Origin: Myxococcota bacterium
GTDB taxonomy: Bacteria; Myxococcota; UBA4151
Direction: 5' to 3'
Assembly (NCBI GenBank): GCA_040260805.1
Contig: JBDQPD010000111.1
Coordinates: 1 to 11,383 of the forward strand
DNA: 11,383 bases
Shown here: in pieces, positions 7,355 to 11,383 of the stretch
Layout of the letters: the number at the start of each line of letters is the position of its first letter
How positions within the stretch are numbered: position 1 is the stretch's first letter
The notes under the pieces: generated by a model
Seen by the model: only the letters and a program-made list of their open reading frames with translations
Databases searched by the model: none
What the model was told of the DNA's origin: nothing
Translations under genes and position numbers: made by a program

Positions 7355-7848
7355 GCTATTCGCTCTACACAGTCTTTCAAGACCACAGGGACCAACTGGT
7401 GGCTCAACTGGCCAAGACGGTGACGAAGCAGGCGCCCGATTTTGCGAAACTTGGCAAGCAGCGGCTCAAAGAAGATTGCGAGTATCTCTTTGATGGCGCC
7501 GTGGATCGAATCTGCACGGGTGATGAGGGGGGTCTGCGAACCTTTTTCGGGTATCTGGTTCGGCGGACCGCATCAGGGTTTGATTTTGCCGACGCAGCCA
7601 GGGCTGTTTTGGCGATGAATGCGGTGATGCGGCAGTTCCTTCAGGCTGCCTACCGTGAACAGGTCGTCGGGGGCGGGCGTGGCGCTTATGAAGAGGCGAT
7701 GACTGCGGTCGAAGAGGGGTGCAACGAGGCCGTCATCGTGTTGTGCGATGTGTTTCAAAATCATGTGCAGTCTCGCGTCGCCGAACACAACGAAGACGGT
7801 AAGAAGCTCGGCGAGGAGTTCAATCGCCTCATTCTCTTTAAAGGATGA
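7351..7848 (+). CDS. Hypothetical all-alpha protein (165 aa), possibly RsbR-N/globin-like sensor fold
   Basis: GGAGGT Shine-Dalgarno at 7336-7341; ATG 7351 overlaps the amidase stop (ATGA) and its own stop overlaps the helicase start. Amphipathic helices and RR.ASGFDFADAARAV resemble RsbR co-antagonist N-terminal domains (recalled similarity only). Confidence 0.75.
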   Translation: MSYSLYTVFQDHRDQLVAQLAKTVTKQAPDFAKLGKQRLKEDCEYLFDGAVDRICTGDEGGLRTFFGYLVRRTASGFDFADAARAVLAMNAVMRQFLQAAYREQVVGGGRGAYEEAMTAVEEGCNEAVIVLCDVFQNHVQSRVAEHNEDGKKLGEEFNRLILFKG

Positions 7849-9788
7849 TCGAGGCGTCTGAAGCCGAGCTTGACCCCCTGCTTGCGCCGCTCAATCTCCA
7901 GCAGCGAGCGATCGTGTCGGCTCCGGTCGGCCGGGCGCGGCTGGTCCTCGCAGGCCCGGGTTCGGGAAAGACGCGCACGCTCGTTCATCGGGTCGCTCGT
8001 CTGATGCGCGATGGTGTGCCCCCCGAGCGAATTTTATTGGTTACTTTCACGAACAAAGCCGCTCGCGAGATGATGGCGCGTTGCGAAGCGCTATGCGGGC
8101 CTTCGGCTTGGAAGATCATGGGCGGGACCTTCCATGGCTTAGCTGCTAAGATTTTGCGTGAATATGGTCATGCGCTCGGCCTGGATCCTGAGTTTCGTAT
8201 CCTCGATCGTGCAGACACTGAAGACCAGTTGCGAGCCGCAGTCAGTGATCTTGGGTTGGATATTCGGCGAGATCGATTGCCTCGCGTTCGCACCTTGTGC
8301 CGCATGTTCTCAGCGTCGGTTCAGCGCGAACTCGATCTCGGAAGTGTCCTCGCTACTCGTTATCCTCAACACCACCACTTACTCGAAAAGATCCAGGCTA
8401 TTGGCGCTCAGTTTGTGCAGCGCAAGCACAGCGCAGGCGTTGTCGATTTTGACGATCTGCTGGTGGGGTGGAGTTTTCTCGCTGACCCGCCTGACCATGC
8501 GGACGCGCTGCTCCAGGAGACTTCCCATGCGCTTCGCAGTCAGTTCGTCGAGGTTCTGGTCGATGAGTATCAAGACACCAACGCGATTCAGGGGCGGATC
8601 GCCGATCATATGGCGAACCTCTGCCATGGGCTGACCGTTGTCGGTGATGATTGTCAGGGGATCTACGGGTTTCGGGGAGCCGATGCGCAGAATTTGGTTG
8701 GGTTTGAGAAGCGCTTCGCCAACGCTGAGCGTCTCTTGCTGACGATCAACTATCGCTCGACCCCCGAGATCCTCAGCCTAGCGAATCAAAGCATCCAAAG
8801 TAACTTGAGCCGACTGGATAAAGAGCTCGAGCCTGCTCGTGTCAGTATCGGACTTCCGCCTTGGGTTGTACAGTGCACGGACCGCGAAGAGGAGGCTCGG
8901 TTCGTGGTGGCTCGCAGCGCTCAACTCAACGCTGAAGGTGTTCCGTGGTCGGAGATGGCGGTGCTCTATCGCAGCCATGCGCTCAGCACGGAGTTGCAGG
9001 TCCAGCTCACCAAAGCGGGTATCCCCTTCGTCGTGCGCAGCGGTGTACGCTTCTTTGAACAAGCTCATATCAAAGATGTGTTGGCGTTTGGACGGGCTGT
9101 GCTCGGTGATGACCTGGCGCTTCGGCGTGCCCTTTTGTTGTTTCAAGGGGTGGGTCAGGTGAGCGCGGACAAAGCCATGAAACGCTACGCCGCTCAGCCA
9201 TCCTTCGCCCAGCTTGGCAGCGGGGCTTCGGGAGCGGCGGCGCGAGGGCTTCAGATCGCCGCAAAGGTGCTCGAAGGGATGGAGGAGCGGACCGTCAGAG
9301 GTCCCGCTGCACAGTTGATGTTTCTGGTCGACCACTATCGGCAGCACATCTTGGCTCGTTTCGATGACCCGGGTGAGCGCAGCGAGGATCTTGAGGAATT
9401 GATTCGCTTTGCTGAAGGGTTTGAGACGATGCCGCAGTTACTGGCGGATCTGCCTGTCGCTGATCAAAGTCGTATCGGTGGCGATCTGCAAGGCGCTTTG
9501 GTGCTCAGCTCCATTCATCAATCCAAGGGGCTCGAATGGAGCCGAGTGTTTATCTTGAGCCTCATCGAGGGGAACTTTCCTCACGCGGCAAGTTTTGCCG
9601 AGGCTGACGGGGTCGAGGAGGAGCGCCGCTTGTTCTACGTTGCGAGCACCAGGGCGGCGGACGAACTTTATCTGACCTATGCTCAGCGCGCTGGGCATGG
9701 GCGCCTGCAGACGCCGAGCCGGTTCTTGTCCGAGCTGATGGATCAAGAAGAGCCTCCCTTTACGATGGTACGTCCTCGTTTCGACTGA
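7845..9788 (+). CDS. ATP-dependent DNA helicase, UvrD/PcrA/Rep family (SF1A)
   Basis: Motifs: LNLQQ (Q), AGPGSGKT (I), VTFTNKAAREM (Ia), GTFHG (Ib), VDEYQD (II), VGDDCQGIYGFRGA (III), NYRSTPEI (IV), LYRSH, SSIHQSKGLEW (V), EEERRLFYVASTRA (VI), then PSRFLSEL. Confidence 0.95.
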   Translation: MIEASEAELDPLLAPLNLQQRAIVSAPVGRARLVLAGPGSGKTRTLVHRVARLMRDGVPPERILLVTFTNKAAREMMARCEALCGPSAWKIMGGTFHGLAAKILREYGHALGLDPEFRILDRADTEDQLRAAVSDLGLDIRRDRLPRVRTLCRMFSASVQRELDLGSVLATRYPQHHHLLEKIQAIGAQFVQRKHSAGVVDFDDLLVGWSFLADPPDHADALLQETSHALRSQFVEVLVDEYQDTNAIQGRIADHMANLCHGLTVVGDDCQGIYGFRGADAQNLVGFEKRFANAERLLLTINYRSTPEILSLANQSIQSNLSRLDKELEPARVSIGLPPWVVQCTDREEEARFVVARSAQLNAEGVPWSEMAVLYRSHALSTELQVQLTKAGIPFVVRSGVRFFEQAHIKDVLAFGRAVLGDDLALRRALLLFQGVGQVSADKAMKRYAAQPSFAQLGSGASGAAARGLQIAAKVLEGMEERTVRGPAAQLMFLVDHYRQHILARFDDPGERSEDLEELIRFAEGFETMPQLLADLPVADQSRIGGDLQGALVLSSIHQSKGLEWSRVFILSLIEGNFPHAASFAEADGVEEERRLFYVASTRAADELYLTYAQRAGHGRLQTPSRFLSELMDQEEPPFTMVRPRFD

Positions 9789-9890
9789 GGGGAAACTGAG
9801 CGCGTCTTTCTTACGCGCCGCCTACTTTTCTGTTGCGGTGCCTGCATAGGCCATATACGCCCCGCTCAAGACATTTCCGCTTTGTTGTGG

Positions 9891-9917
9891 GGGTGGTCCT
9901 TCGGGACCGCCCTTTTT
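9891..9917 (+). terminator. Intrinsic terminator/attenuator hairpin immediately 5' of rimP (rimP-leader type)
   Basis: GGGTGGTCC-TTCG-GGACCGCCC stem (9 bp, one G.U, cUUCGg tetraloop) followed by TTTTT. The GGG...CCC closure and the position match the known rimP leader. Confidence 0.8.
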
Positions 9918-9926
9918 CGTAGGTAG

Positions 9927-10439
9927 ATGGGGACCCAGTTGAGCGAAACGACCCAGTTGATCATCGGCCCAGCCGACCCGATACGCATGCGTGTCGAGTC
10001 GCTGCTGCGTGGTCCCTTGGTCGACGCCGGGTTTGATCTGGTTGAGGTCGAGTACCTCGCTACCGGAGCTCAAGGACCGACGCTGACGCTCTATGTCGAC
10101 CGCCAGGGCGGTATCAACTTAGACCAATGCGCCGAGGTCAGCCGTTTGGCGGGGGCTCTGCTCGACGTCGATGATCCGGTGAATCCTGCGTATCGGCTCG
10201 AGGTCTCAAGTCCGGGTTTGGATCGTCGCATAGCGAACCTGAATGATCTTGAGGCGAGCTTGGGAAAGAAAGTGCACGCCAAAACGGTTCGCAGCACCGG
10301 GCGTAAGCAAGTGACAGGAATTTTAGAGCAGGTGACCTCAGGTCGCCTAACCATTGATGAAGACGGAGTACCCATCACTCTTGATGGGCGCCATATTCGG
10401 ATTTTGAACCGTATTTACGAGGTTGGAGATCGGCCATGA
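9927..10439 (+). CDS. rimP: Ribosome maturation factor RimP
   Basis: GFDLVEVEY, LTLYVDRQGGINLDQCAEVSR, LLDVDDPV..AYRLEVSSPGLDR; lies directly upstream of nusA. Start uncertain (ATG 9927 or TTG 9939). Confidence 0.93.
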   Translation: MGTQLSETTQLIIGPADPIRMRVESLLRGPLVDAGFDLVEVEYLATGAQGPTLTLYVDRQGGINLDQCAEVSRLAGALLDVDDPVNPAYRLEVSSPGLDRRIANLNDLEASLGKKVHAKTVRSTGRKQVTGILEQVTSGRLTIDEDGVPITLDGRHIRILNRIYEVGDRP

Positions 10440-11383
10440 TGGACGAACTGATCAAAACGATCGCTGAAGTCGAACGCGAGAAGGGTATCGAGCGCGATAT
10501 TCTGATCGAAGCGCTCGAGGCAGCAATGCTTACCGCAGCACGCAAAAAGAAAGGCCTGATGGCTGATCTTGAAGCCCAGTTTGATGAAGAGACTGGTGAG
10601 ATCCATGTCATCGAGTTTAAGACCGTCGTTGAGACCGTCGAGAATCCGGACTTGGAGATTTCGCTCGACGATGCGCTAGCCATTGAGGACGATCCTGACT
10701 TGCAGATGGGCGACCAAATCGGTTTGCTTTTGCCGACCGAGGACCTGGGCAGAATCGCAGCTCAGACGGCTAAGCAGGTCATCATTCAGCGCGTCCGTGA
10801 AGCGGACCGCGCCAACATCTTCTCGGGCTTCAAAGACCGCAAAGGTGAGCTGGTGTCGGGTACCGTGCGGCGCATTGAGCGTGGCAACGTGGTCATCGAT
10901 CTGCTGAAGTCCGAAGCGGTCATGCCTTATCGTGAGCAGGTGCCTCGGGAAAACTCCCGCGTCGGTGACCGCCTCGAATGCTTGGTTCTGGATGTGCGTG
11001 AAGAAGCTCGTGGTCATCAGATTGTGTTGAGCCGAGCCCATCCTGACTTCGTCGCCAAGCTCTTCGCTCGGGAAGTTCCAGAGATTTACGAGAACATTGT
11101 CTCGATTCGCGCCGTGGCGCGTGAAGCCGGAACGCGCACGAAGATCGCTGTCTCTTCTCGTGATTCCGAGGTGGACCCTGTCGGCGCGTGCGTCGGCATG
11201 AAAGGCATCCGCGTGCAGGCTGTGGTTCAAGAGCTCCGCAATGAGAAGATTGATATTGTGCCCTGGTCGGCTGATCCGGTGCGCTTTGTTTGCGCTGCGC
11301 TGCAGCCCGCTGAAGTCAGCCGCGTGCTGGTGGATGAAGGCGCTCAGCGTATGGAGATCGTCATCCCTGATGACCAGCTCAGC
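10436..11383 (+). CDS. nusA: Transcription termination/antitermination factor NusA (3' partial; absent from the ORF track)
   Basis: Manual translation from ATG 10436 (GGAG at 10425-10428; ATGA overlap with the rimP stop): MMDELIKTIAEVEREKGIERDILIEALEAAM...LGRIAAQTAKQVIIQRVREA...FAREVPEIYE...AREAGTRTKIAV...DPVGACVGMKGIRVQAVVQELRNEKIDIVPW...PDDQLS, open to the window end. Confidence 0.97.
   Translation, partial: MMDELIKTIAEVEREKGIERDILIEALEAAMLTAARKKKGLMADLEAQFDEETGEIHVIEFKTVVETVENPDLEISLDDALAIEDDPDLQMGDQIGLLLPTEDLGRIAAQTAKQVIIQRVREADRANIFSGFKDRKGELVSGTVRRIERGNVVIDLLKSEAVMPYREQVPRENSRVGDRLECLVLDVREEARGHQIVLSRAHPDFVAKLFAREVPEIYENIVSIRAVAREAGTRTKIAVSSRDSEVDPVGACVGMKGIRVQAVVQELRNEKIDIVPWSADPVRFVCAALQPAEVSRVLVDEGAQRMEIVIPDDQLS

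Noticed and set aside
7351..9788. Helicase plus small gene as an anti-phage system (Gabija-like)
   Set aside because: No nuclease, TOPRIM or ATPase partner; the helicase has housekeeping PcrA-type motifs and sits among core genes.
9833..9861. Sigma70 promoter for rimP (TTGCGG ... TATACG/TACGCC)
   Set aside because: The better -10 candidate has only a 15-nt spacer and the 17-nt candidate is a poor match; too weak to call.
9822..11230. Minus-strand ORFs 9822-10073, 10091-10378, 10375-10683 and 10676-11230
   Set aside because: They lie antisense to clear rimP and nusA frames; nusA is missing from the track only because it has no stop in the window.

Overview
GC-rich bacterial chromosome segment; the RpoD, NusA and RimP sequences look deltaproteobacterial/Myxococcota-like (inference only). 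It has four blocks. (1) A 5'-truncated sigma70/RpoD gene (<2..2146, +) whose frame is open from the window edge through a perfect 27-bp tandem repeat encoding PAAKKAAAK. (2) A minus-strand unit led by a tRNA(CAT) (6235-6311) and followed by six overlapping genes: CinA-N/COG1058 protein, HIT hydrolase, extended SDR, and three envelope proteins including a DUF3347-like lipoprotein. (3) A divergent plus-strand, ATGA-coupled trio: Nit1-like amidase, a small helical globin/RsbR-N-like protein, and a UvrD/PcrA-family helicase. (4) A rimP-leader-type hairpin, rimP, and a 3'-truncated nusA that the ORF track misses. I saw no mobile element, CRISPR array or defence system, and most of the window is housekeeping. 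The best leads are the sigma factor's unusual N-terminus, the tRNA-headed operon with a Nit/HIT/COG1058 nucleotide-housekeeping neighbourhood, and the orphan helical protein coupled to the helicase. All family calls come from motif recognition, not database searches.
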